From the NCBI GenBank assembly GCA_050728895.1, contig JBOHKD010000001.1:1-32248 (forward strand): DNA of 32,248 nucleotides, read 5' to 3'. Position 1 is the stretch's first letter; each line of letters opens with the position of its first letter. Shown here piece by piece: positions 16,157 through 24,134 of the stretch. The notes under the pieces are model-generated. The model was given only the letters and a program-made list of their open reading frames with translations. It was not told the origin of the DNA and searched no databases. The position numbers were made by a program, and so were the translations under genes. The DNA is from Aestuariivirga sp. (GTDB lineage: Bacteria > Pseudomonadota > Alphaproteobacteria > Rhizobiales > Aestuariivirgaceae).

Positions 16157-17335
16157 ATGATTTACCAAATTCCGGCCCTACAGCCCATCGACCAAGAAGT
16201 ACTGGAAATGATTGAGAAACAGCGCCAGCAGCTTCGCTTTCTTGTTGGCCAAAATACCGTTCGCTGGACGGGATCGCTTCGCAGAAACACCTTTGCGCGA
16301 GCGGTCCAAGGGTCAAACAGCATAGAGGGGTATAATGCAAACTTGGCTGACGCCGTTGAAATCATTGACGACGAAAAACCAGAGAATGTTGCGGAAGAAA
16401 CTGTTCGAGCTTTAGTGGGCTACAGAAACGCCATGACTTACATTTTGCGGATTCACGATGATCCGCACGCGGAAATCAATGAGCAATTCATTCGTAGTCT
16501 TCATTTCATGATGCTCAGCTATGACATGACGAGACTGCCAGGCCAGTGGCGTCCCGGACCTGTGTACGTTGTCCGCGAAGGTAGCGGCGAGAAGGTCTAC
16601 GAGGGACCCGATTTTGAAAAAGTGCCGGACCTAGTTTCTGAACTTGTCCAGCAGATGAAGGAGGCCGGATCGGTTGATCCTATGGTGAGGGGCGCAATTG
16701 TGCATCTGAATCTCACGATGGTTCATCCCTTCAAAGATGGAAACGGTCGAATGGCGAGAGCCTTGCAGACCTTGCTTCTGACCAAAGGTGGCGTGGTTAG
16801 TCCGATTTTTTGCAGTATCGAAGAATGGCTTGGCCGGAACACACAAGCTTACTATGAAATACTAGCATCGACGGGAAAGGGACGATGGTCGCCGAACAAC
16901 GATGCGCTGCCGTGGGTGCGGTTTTGTCTACATGCACACTACCAGCAAGCCTTTACTCTCATTCGACGAAACAATGAGATTGGCCGGATATGGGAACAGG
17001 TGTCCAAAATTATTAAGGGAGGCAGACTACCAGAGCGGGTGGAAGTCCCTCTGATTGATGCTGCTCTGGGCTATCGCATTCGTAATAATCGATACCGTTC
17101 CGAATTCAAAATATCGGACGTTGTTGCAAGCAGAGACCTGAAAAGGCTTTGTGACTTAGAGTTTTTGTTGCCAGTGGGCGAAAAAAGAGGCCGTTACTAT
17201 GTAGCGGCTGATAAACTCAAGCAAATCCGGATCGCATCACGAGAAGCTAAGCGATTTGAAAGTCCCTACGAGATTGCAGGAGCGAAAGACATCAATCCGA
17301 TGCAGACTCAACTTCCTTTTCCGGGGATGGCTTAG
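16157..17335 (+). CDS. Fic-domain protein (class II type) with C-terminal winged HTH
   Basis: Canonical HPFKDGNGRMAR; N-terminal inhibitory motif SNSIEG; C-terminal ASRDLKRLCDLEFL..VGEKRGRYY; visibly more AT-rich than flanking genes. Confidence 0.92.
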   Translation: MIYQIPALQPIDQEVLEMIEKQRQQLRFLVGQNTVRWTGSLRRNTFARAVQGSNSIEGYNANLADAVEIIDDEKPENVAEETVRALVGYRNAMTYILRIHDDPHAEINEQFIRSLHFMMLSYDMTRLPGQWRPGPVYVVREGSGEKVYEGPDFEKVPDLVSELVQQMKEAGSVDPMVRGAIVHLNLTMVHPFKDGNGRMARALQTLLLTKGGVVSPIFCSIEEWLGRNTQAYYEILASTGKGRWSPNNDALPWVRFCLHAHYQQAFTLIRRNNEIGRIWEQVSKIIKGGRLPERVEVPLIDAALGYRIRNNRYRSEFKISDVVASRDLKRLCDLEFLLPVGEKRGRYYVAADKLKQIRIASREAKRFESPYEIAGAKDINPMQTQLPFPGMA

Positions 17336-17447
17336 TGGGTTTCTTGCCTGCTGGCTTTACGGGCCGCTCTTCTACCCCAGTTGCAATATCCACAATGTGC
17401 TTAGCACACTGGTTCAAGTCGCGCGGACGCTTTGGTTTCTTTGGCAT
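17292..17447 (-). CDS. Small basic protein MPKKPKRPRDLNQCAKHIVDIATG... (51 aa), transposon-associated
   Basis: KRPRDxNQxAKxIVDIATG motif that I recognise from small ORFs beside this transposase type; co-oriented with the transposase; overlaps the fic 3' end by 44 bp. Confidence 0.65.
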   Translation of the reverse strand: MPKKPKRPRDLNQCAKHIVDIATGVEERPVKPAGKKPTKPSPEKEVESASD

Positions 17448-17529
17448 CCCCTGAATATGGCACGGGGCCAGGACGGATTCCATGATAGTCAAGAGCTACC
17501 AGATTCAAACTGAGACACTACCCAAGCCC

Positions 17530-19320
17530 ATGAGCAATCAATACGAAGAGGAGGCCCGCCGCAGGCCCAAGGGCAAGAGCCTCCGGCCCCTGGCTCGCCT
17601 CACTCCGTTTCTTCTCCGCTACCGGGGGCAAGTCATTCTGGCTCTCATCGCCCTCATCGTCGCGGCGGCGGCAACGCTGATCGTGCCCATCGCCGTCCGG
17701 CGCGTCATCGACAACGGCTTCTCCACCGACAATGCCACACTGGTGAATCAGTATTTCGCCGTCATGCTGGCCGTTGTCGCGGTGCTGGCCGCAGGCTCGG
17801 CCACGCGCTTCTACTATGTCATGTGGCTCGGCGAACGCATCGTCGCCGATGTCCGCGATGCGCTGTTCAGCCATCTGCTCAAGCTCAACCCCGGTTTCTA
17901 TGAAACTCAAAAAACCGGCGAAGTGGTCTCGCGCCTCACCGCCGATACCACACAGATCAAATCGGCCTTTTCCTCCACCGCCTCGATAGCACTCCGCAAT
18001 CTCGTCATGCTCGTGGGCGCCATGGCGATGATGGCGGTGACCAGCCCCAAGCTCGCCGGACTATCGTTGCTCGCAATCCCCCTTGCCGTGCTGCCGCTTG
18101 TCATCTTCGGCAGGCGTGTCAGGGGCCTGTCGCGCCAGGCGCAGGACAAGCTCGCCCATTCCGCTGCTTTCGCCCAGGAACGGCTCTCGGCCATAGCCAT
18201 GGTGCAGTCGAATGTGCAGGAAGGCGAGACCGCGAAGACTTTTGCCACCGCCACGGAAATGGCATTCACCGCCGCCGCCACGCGTACCCTGGCGCGCGCC
18301 GCGATGACAGCCGCCATCATTTTCGTCGCATTGGGCGCCATCGTCTGCCTACTCTGGTATGGGGCGCGGGAAGTGATGACCGGCAATCTGACCGGCGGCA
18401 CGCTCAGCCAATTCCTGATCTATGCCATCCTCGCGGCGAGTTCGTTAGGCCAGCTCTCGGAAGTCTGGGGCGAAATCCAACTGGCGGCGGGTGCTGCTGA
18501 GCGCATCTCGGAACTTCTCGACGAGCAACCGGCAATCGCTACGCCTATCGATCCGGTATCGCTACCCTCACCATCCAAAGGTGAAGTCGCATTCCGGCAA
18601 GTGACATTCACTTACGCAACGAGGCTGGGTCTTCCCGCCGTTGAGAACATCAGCTTCGCCGTGGCAAAGGGCGAGACGGTGGCCATCGTCGGTCCCTCGG
18701 GTGCGGGCAAGACCACGATCTTCGCTTTGCTCCAGCGCTTCTTCGATCCACAAGCTGGCACGGTTGAAATCGACGGGGTCGAGCTTCGCCTCGCCGATCC
18801 GCAAGCGGTGAGAAACCGCATCGCCGTGGTGCCGCAGGATACGATGATTTTCTCCGGCAGCGTGCTGGATAATATCCGCTTCGGCAAATCCGATGCGAGC
18901 GAGGCGCAAGTGCGAAACGCGGCACAAGCGGCGCGCGTCGATGAATTCGCCGAAAAACTAAGCCAAGGCTACGATACGGAAGTGGGCGAACGCGGTGTCA
19001 CACTGTCGGGCGGCCAGCGTCAGCGCATCGCCATCGCCCGCGCTATCCTGCGCGATACGCCCATCCTGCTGCTTGACGAGGCAACCAGCGCGCTCGATGC
19101 CGAAAGCGAGGCGCTCATTCAACAGGCGCTCGAGAAACTCACCGCCTCGCGCACCACGCTGGTGATCGCGCATCGTCTCGCTACCGTCCGCAATGCGAAA
19201 CGCATCCTGGTGCTCGACGGCGGCCGGTTGATCGCTGAAGGCACGCACGGACAACTCATGGAGAACAATCCGCTCTACGCGAAGCTCGCCAAGTTGCAGT
19301 TCACCGCTCCGTCAGCTTGA
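17530..19320 (+). CDS. ABC exporter, fused TMD-NBD (MsbA/ExsA-like)
   Basis: Walker A GPSGAGKTT, signature LSGGQRQR, Walker B LLLDEATSALD, IAHRL; six TM segments. ATG 17530 is the pre-insertion start; an in-frame ATG at 17482 lies inside the transposon. Confidence 0.93.
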   Translation: MSNQYEEEARRRPKGKSLRPLARLTPFLLRYRGQVILALIALIVAAAATLIVPIAVRRVIDNGFSTDNATLVNQYFAVMLAVVAVLAAGSATRFYYVMWLGERIVADVRDALFSHLLKLNPGFYETQKTGEVVSRLTADTTQIKSAFSSTASIALRNLVMLVGAMAMMAVTSPKLAGLSLLAIPLAVLPLVIFGRRVRGLSRQAQDKLAHSAAFAQERLSAIAMVQSNVQEGETAKTFATATEMAFTAAATRTLARAAMTAAIIFVALGAIVCLLWYGAREVMTGNLTGGTLSQFLIYAILAASSLGQLSEVWGEIQLAAGAAERISELLDEQPAIATPIDPVSLPSPSKGEVAFRQVTFTYATRLGLPAVENISFAVAKGETVAIVGPSGAGKTTIFALLQRFFDPQAGTVEIDGVELRLADPQAVRNRIAVVPQDTMIFSGSVLDNIRFGKSDASEAQVRNAAQAARVDEFAEKLSQGYDTEVGERGVTLSGGQRQRIAIARAILRDTPILLLDEATSALDAESEALIQQALEKLTASRTTLVIAHRLATVRNAKRILVLDGGRLIAEGTHGQLMENNPLYAKLAKLQFTAPSA

Positions 19321-20329
19321 GCTCGATCCGGCGGTTGCGCGACTTTGCTTCCTCCGTCGATCCCGGATCGATCGGCTGGAACTCGCCGAAACCGGCGGCG
19401 ACCAGATGATTGGGCTGAACGCCTTGCGCTACGAGAAAGTTGATGACGGCGATGGCGCGCCCCGCCGCCAGCTCCCAGTTGGACTTGAACAACGGCGACA
19501 GGATGGGGTCGGTGTCGGTGTGGCCATCGACACGCAGCACCCAGGCGATGTCCGCCGGGATTTCCCTTTCAAGCTGTTTGAGTGCCTCCGCCAGTTTCAG
19601 CATTTCCTGCCGGCCCTCCTCGTTTAGTTCGGCCTCGGCCTTGGGAAACAGTACTTCCGACTGGAACACAAAACGGTCGCCCACCACCAGAATATCCGAG
19701 CGCTGCGATAATATCTGGCGCAGGCGCCCGAAGAATTCCGAGCGATAGCGGGTCAATTCCTGAACCTTCTGGGCAAGTGCCGAATTGAGGCGCTTGCCGA
19801 GATTGGCGATTTGGGCTTCCGAAGCGGCGTTGCGCGTTTCCAAGTCGGTGAGCAACTGGTTGAGTTGCGCCAATTGCCGGCGCATGGCGGCGATCTGCTG
19901 GTTCAACAGCTCGACCTTGGCAAGCGCTTCGTTCGAGATGTTTTTTTCCTTGTCGAGGGCTGTCCGCAAGCCGCTAAGTGTCGAGCCCGCCGAACTTCCC
20001 TTTTGGTTTTCAGCTTCCAGCAGTGCGGCGAAATTGGCGCTCTTGATCTTTTCGGAACTCAAATCGTCCTGCAGCGCGAGGAGGAGCGAATCGGCGTCGG
20101 CCTTGGCGGATTTTTCCAGGGCCAGAAGCTCGGTCAATTCGGCGATCTGGGCGCGCAGTTGGCCAAGGGCCGAATCCTGGCCCGAGATTTCGCGCGCCAG
20201 CAGGAACTGTGCCACCATGAAAACCGAAAGCAAAAACGTGATGACCAGCAACAACTGCGCCATGGCATCGACGAAGCCCGGCCAATAAGGGGCATCGTCC
20301 CGGCGGCGGCGCGACAGGGCTTGGGCCAT
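19301..20329 (-). CDS. MotB/OmpA-like peptidoglycan-binding membrane protein with long coiled coil
   Basis: TM with conserved Asp (YWPGFVDAM), coiled coil, C-terminal VDGHTD, SNWEL, GFGEFQP, NRRIELKL. Confidence 0.88.
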   Translation of the reverse strand: MAQALSRRRRDDAPYWPGFVDAMAQLLLVITFLLSVFMVAQFLLAREISGQDSALGQLRAQIAELTELLALEKSAKADADSLLLALQDDLSSEKIKSANFAALLEAENQKGSSAGSTLSGLRTALDKEKNISNEALAKVELLNQQIAAMRRQLAQLNQLLTDLETRNAASEAQIANLGKRLNSALAQKVQELTRYRSEFFGRLRQILSQRSDILVVGDRFVFQSEVLFPKAEAELNEEGRQEMLKLAEALKQLEREIPADIAWVLRVDGHTDTDPILSPLFKSNWELAAGRAIAVINFLVAQGVQPNHLVAAGFGEFQPIDPGSTEEAKSRNRRIELKLTER

Positions 20330-20332
20330 GGT

Positions 20333-21400
20333 TCACTCCTCGTCGACTTGGGCGCGGGCAGTGCGCTGTGGCGGACCCGAAGCGCGGATAAGCAGGCGCT
20401 GGATTTCATTCTGCTGCACCTGCTGGGTCTGGGTCCATTGGCGCAGCATCTTCTGTTCCTCGCGCATTTGGGCAACCAGCGCGGCCACGGCATCGGCCAA
20501 TTGCTCCATCGATTCCGTGCTGCCATGCTGTTCCCGGTCCGCCGGCGTTGCGGCATCGAGGGCACCGGACAATTTCTCGATTGCCCGCTGCAACGACTGG
20601 AGATCGAGCCTCAGGAACGGCGGGCTGCCGGATGGAGCGGACGCATCGCCCGCGGCGATGTCGGTGATCGTCGACAGCCAATCCTCAAGGTCGTTGTAGA
20701 AACGGTTCTGCGCCTGGGCGGCCTTGAGATCGAGGAAGCCCAGGATCAGCGATCCGGCAAGCCCGAACATCGACGCCGAGAACGACAGGCCCATGCCCGA
20801 AAGCGGACCCTTCAGGCCCTCCTTCAGGCCTTCGAATACGGTGCTCGATTGTCCCGAGGTGACATCGAGCGCATTGATGGCGTTGCCGATAGAAGTGACT
20901 GTTTCAAGCAGGCCCCAGAAGGTGCCCAGAAGCCCGAGGAAAATCAGCAGGCTTACGAGATAGCGCGAGAGATCGCGCGATTCATCGAGACGGGACGCCA
21001 GCGAATCGAGCAGCGAGCGCATCGACATGGGGGAGAGCACCATGCTTTGCCGGTTGCGGAGCAGCGAGGCCATGGGCCCCAGAAGCCGCGGCTGACGCAT
21101 AATGTTGGCATCCGCTTCCGATTCGCGGAAACGGTTGATCCAGGCCACCTCCGGAAACAGCCGCCCGACCATGCGGTAGGAGTGAAACATGCCAAGCAGC
21201 AGTGCGCCAACGATCACCCCGTTAAGCCCGGCATTGGCCATGAAAGCGTTTTGCAATCCCGGCAGCAGCACCGCCACCAAAATGGCAACCGCCAGCGTGA
21301 ACACCAGCATGTGAACGAGATAGACCCGGGGTGGTTCGAGAATAGTCGCTTCTTTGGGTTCTGCCATAGGTTTGCCGGTTGCCTTCCCTTGAGATGCCAT
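20333..21400 (-). CDS. MotA/TolQ/ExbB-like membrane channel protein
   Basis: Four TM segments; LGLLGTFWGL, GMGLSFSASMFGL; directly upstream of the MotB-like gene; start 21400 or 21367. Confidence 0.82.
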   Translation of the reverse strand: MASQGKATGKPMAEPKEATILEPPRVYLVHMLVFTLAVAILVAVLLPGLQNAFMANAGLNGVIVGALLLGMFHSYRMVGRLFPEVAWINRFRESEADANIMRQPRLLGPMASLLRNRQSMVLSPMSMRSLLDSLASRLDESRDLSRYLVSLLIFLGLLGTFWGLLETVTSIGNAINALDVTSGQSSTVFEGLKEGLKGPLSGMGLSFSASMFGLAGSLILGFLDLKAAQAQNRFYNDLEDWLSTITDIAAGDASAPSGSPPFLRLDLQSLQRAIEKLSGALDAATPADREQHGSTESMEQLADAVAALVAQMREEQKMLRQWTQTQQVQQNEIQRLLIRASGPPQRTARAQVDEE

Positions 21401-21484
21401 TGCCGTGGAATCTAGACCATTGCGTGGCGGCGTGGGAAGGGCGCTGCTTTCCGGGGACGCAATGGCAGGAACCGAAAAACTCTC

Positions 21485-21513
21485 TTGATCCCAAAATGGG
21501 ACCGTGATAGATA
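21485..21513 (+). promoter_or_regulatory. higBA promoter with operator palindrome
   Basis: TTGATC-N17-TAGATA with upstream TG; palindrome TCCCA-AAA-TGGGA (21489-21501) overlaps the -35 and spacer. Confidence 0.65.
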
Positions 21514-21519
21514 TTCGCC

Positions 21520-21843
21520 ATGCGGGTAATTGCGCGGCGCACGCTGAGGGAATTTGTTGAAGGCCGCAGAGATCACAAGGACTTCCGGGCGCTGAAAGCG
21601 GCTGTGGATGCGTGGTTCTGGGAGGTCAGCAAGGCGCAGTGGCAGAACATGACGGAAGTGAAACGCCTCTACGCAACGGCCAGCGTTGTCTCAAGCGAGC
21701 GCATCGTCTTCAACATCAAGGGTAACGATTACCGGCTGGTGACGGCGGTGGATTTCGAGAAGGGGATCGTGTGGATCAAATGGATCGGCAGTCATCGCGA
21801 CTATGACCGCATCGATGTGAAGGAGATCAAATATCATGCTTGA
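21520..21843 (+). CDS. higB: HigB-family mRNA interferase toxin
   Basis: MRVIARRTLREF, RIVFNIKGNDYRLV, WIGSHRDYDRID; toxin-first order. Confidence 0.9.
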   Translation: MRVIARRTLREFVEGRRDHKDFRALKAAVDAWFWEVSKAQWQNMTEVKRLYATASVVSSERIVFNIKGNDYRLVTAVDFEKGIVWIKWIGSHRDYDRIDVKEIKYHA

Positions 21844-22210
21844 CGTTAGGCCGATCAGGTCGGCGGATGACTATGAGATGGCGCTGGCTGAGGTTGAAGC
21901 GCTGTGGGGCTCGCCAAGCGGTACATCAAAAGGCGACCGGCTTGATGTATTGGCCACGCTAATCGACGCATGGGAAGCGGCGCACTTTCCCATGGACCCG
22001 CCGGATCCAGTGGAAGCCATCAAGTTCCGCATGGAACAGCAGGGCCTGAAACGCAAGGATTTGGAAGGCATCATCGGCTCACGCGCCCGCATCGCCGAAG
22101 TGCTGGACCGCAAACGCGGCCTCTCGATTGCCATGATCAGAAGGCTTAACGCGAAGCTTGGAATTCCGGCTGAAGTCCTGATACGGCCCTCACGGAGAAA
22201 GGCAGCGTGA
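21836..22210 (+). CDS. higA: HigA antitoxin (HTH)
   Basis: PIRSADDYE.AL, PDPVEAIKFRMEQQGL, KRGLSIAMIRRL...LGIPAEVLI; 8-bp overlap with higB. Confidence 0.9.
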   Translation: MLDVRPIRSADDYEMALAEVEALWGSPSGTSKGDRLDVLATLIDAWEAAHFPMDPPDPVEAIKFRMEQQGLKRKDLEGIIGSRARIAEVLDRKRGLSIAMIRRLNAKLGIPAEVLIRPSRRKAA

Positions 22211-22225
22211 CGAACAGACGCCTCC

Positions 22226-23620
22226 TCACATCCCCTTGTTGATTTCTTCCGTCATCTTCTTGGCGTCGCCGAAGAGCATCATGGTGTTGTCGCGCCAGAA
22301 CAGCGAGTTGTCGATGCCGGCATAGCCCGACGACATGCCACGCTTGATAAACATCACGGTGTTGGCCTTCCACACTTCAAGGACCGGCATGCCGTAGATG
22401 GGCGAAGCGGAATCTTCCTTGGCGGCGGGGTTGGTGACATCGTTGGCGCCGATGACAAAGGCAACATCGGCCTGGGCGAATTCGGAATTGATGTCCTCGA
22501 GCTCGAAGACCTCGTCGTAGGGCACATTGGCTTCGGCCAGCAGCACATTCATGTGTCCGGGCATGCGGCCGGCCACCGGGTGAATGGCATATTTGACCGT
22601 GACCCCGGCCTTCTTGAGATGATCGGCCATTTCGCGGAGCGCGTGCTGGGCTTGCGCCACCGCCATGCCGTAGCCGGGAACGATGATGACCGAGCCCGCA
22701 TTCTTCATGACGAAGGCCGCATCCTCCGCCGAACCTTGTTTAACCGGTTTGGTCTCGCCCGTTGCCGCGGGGCCCGAAGTCTCGCCGCCGAAGCCGCCGA
22801 GGATCACCGAGAAGAACGAGCGGTTCATGCCCTTGCACATGATGTAGGAGAGGATGGCGCCCGAGGAACCGACGAGTGCGCCTGTGATGATAAGCGCGGT
22901 GTTGCCCAGCGTGAAGCCGATGCCCGCTGCCGCCCAGCCGGAGTAGGAATTGAGCATCGAAATCACCACCGGCATGTCGGCGCCGCCGATCGGGATGATG
23001 AGCAGGAAGCCCAACGCGAAGCTGATGAGGATCAGAAGCCAGAAAGCGATGCTGCTTTGGCTAACGAAGAACAGATAGATGAAGGCAACCAACGCCACGC
23101 CCAGCCCGATGTTGATGATATGGCGCTGCGGCAGCAGGATGGGAGCGCCGCTCATCCGGCCATCGAGCTTGAGGAACGCGATAATCGAACCCGTGAAGGT
23201 GACAGCGCCGATGGCGGCACCGAGCGCCATTTCGATGCGGCTTTGACTGTGGATTAGGCCATCCGTGGCAATGCCGAAAGCATCGGGCGCATAGAAGGCG
23301 GCGGCAGCCACGAACACGGCGGCGAGACCAACCAGGGAGTGGAAGGCGGCAACCAGTTGCGGCATCTGCGTCATGGCAATACGCCGCGCCGTAACCGCGC
23401 CGATGCCGCCGCCGATGGCGATGCCGGCGATGATCAGCACCCAGACGAATGCGCCGGTTGGCTTGGCTAATGCCAAGGTGGTGAGGATGGCAAGCGCCAT
23501 GCCGGACATGCCGTAAATGTTGCCGGCCCGCGATGTGGCGGGCGAGGATAGCCCGCGCAGTGCCATGATGAAACAGGCGCCGGCCACGAGATAGAGAAGG
23601 GCCGCGAGATTGGCCGACAT
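22226..23620 (-). CDS. pntB: NAD(P) transhydrogenase beta subunit
   Basis: MPQLVAAFHSLVGLAA, IGGADMPVVISMLNSYSGW, PGYGMAVAQAQ, HPVAGRMPGHMNVLLAEA. Confidence 0.97.
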   Translation of the reverse strand: MSANLAALLYLVAGACFIMALRGLSSPATSRAGNIYGMSGMALAILTTLALAKPTGAFVWVLIIAGIAIGGGIGAVTARRIAMTQMPQLVAAFHSLVGLAAVFVAAAAFYAPDAFGIATDGLIHSQSRIEMALGAAIGAVTFTGSIIAFLKLDGRMSGAPILLPQRHIINIGLGVALVAFIYLFFVSQSSIAFWLLILISFALGFLLIIPIGGADMPVVISMLNSYSGWAAAGIGFTLGNTALIITGALVGSSGAILSYIMCKGMNRSFFSVILGGFGGETSGPAATGETKPVKQGSAEDAAFVMKNAGSVIIVPGYGMAVAQAQHALREMADHLKKAGVTVKYAIHPVAGRMPGHMNVLLAEANVPYDEVFELEDINSEFAQADVAFVIGANDVTNPAAKEDSASPIYGMPVLEVWKANTVMFIKRGMSSGYAGIDNSLFWRDNTMMLFGDAKKMTEEINKGM

Positions 23621-23623
23621 CGC

Positions 23624-23941
23624 TTACTTGTCCTTCTTCTTGTACATGGCAAGCATGCGGCTGGTGACGAGAAAGCCGCCGAAAATATTCACCGATGCGA
23701 GGATGAGTGCCAGAAAGCCGAAGATCATGGCGGCCGTGGAGCCCGAGGCAATGGCGCCGGCACCCACCGCCAGCAGCGCGCCCACCACGATCACCGAGGA
23801 TATGGCATTAGTCACCGACATGAGCGGTGTGTGCAAAGCCGGCGTTACGTTCCACACCACATAATAGCCGACGAATACCGCCAGCACGAAAATGCCAAAC
23901 AGCGAAATGAAGGGATCGACCGCATGTGAGAGCTGTTCCAT
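23624..23941 (-). CDS. pntA: NAD(P) transhydrogenase alpha subunit part 2 (membrane)
   Basis: [42 protein letters not shown] before ATG 23941. Confidence 0.95.
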   Translation of the reverse strand: MEQLSHAVDPFISLFGIFVLAVFVGYYVVWNVTPALHTPLMSVTNAISSVIVVGALLAVGAGAIASGSTAAMIFGFLALILASVNIFGGFLVTSRMLAMYKKKDK

Positions 23942-23962
23942 CACTTCGCTCCTTGCTTGATG

Positions 23963-24120
23963 TCCTCGCCCCGCGCTAGCGGGGAGAGGAAAGAGGCCCA
24001 TTGCGTAGCAATGGGAAAGGTGAGGGGCAAATGGGCGCTGGTGACTTCCGAAAGCCCCTCATCTCCCCCATCGCGCAGGCGCGATGGGGCCCCTTCTTCT
24101 CCCCGCTGTGTGGGGCGAAG
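23963..24120. repeat. Multi-hairpin palindromic intergenic element (REP/RIME/MITE-like) flanked by 17-bp direct repeats
   Basis: Hairpins at 23963-23990, 23997-24015, 24066-24089 and 24096-24120; GGTGAGGGGC/GCCCCTCATC inner IR; CATCACTTCGCTCCTTG at 23939-23955 and 24133-24149. Confidence 0.85.
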
Positions 24121-24134
24121 ACAAGTAACACACA

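Larger units (their letters stand above)
15187..17522. mobile_element. IS1-family-like passenger-carrying transposon (2336 bp)
   Basis: Left end GGTAGTGGGTCAGTCTGAAT (15187-15206); reverse complement of right end (17503-17522) GGTAGTGTCTCAGTTTGAAT, 17/20 identical; flanking direct repeat CAAGCCCA at 15179-15186 and 17523-17530; contains a DDE transposase. Confidence 0.92.

Noticed and set aside
19301..21400. ZorA/ZorB (Zorya anti-phage) interpretation of the MotA/MotB-like pair
   Set aside because: No ZorC/D/E genes nearby, the A-subunit tail is short, and composition and context look like core genome.
19811..21415. 534-aa plus-strand ORF, and similar long ORFs such as 25766-27229, 3147-4073, 4518-5420, 11319-12365
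   Set aside because: Antisense shadows of well-supported genes in GC-rich DNA; no recognisable motifs.
23963..24120. Possible CRISPR array, tRNA or riboswitch
   Set aside because: No repeat-spacer periodicity, cloverleaf or known aptamer consensus; it fits a palindromic intergenic repeat.
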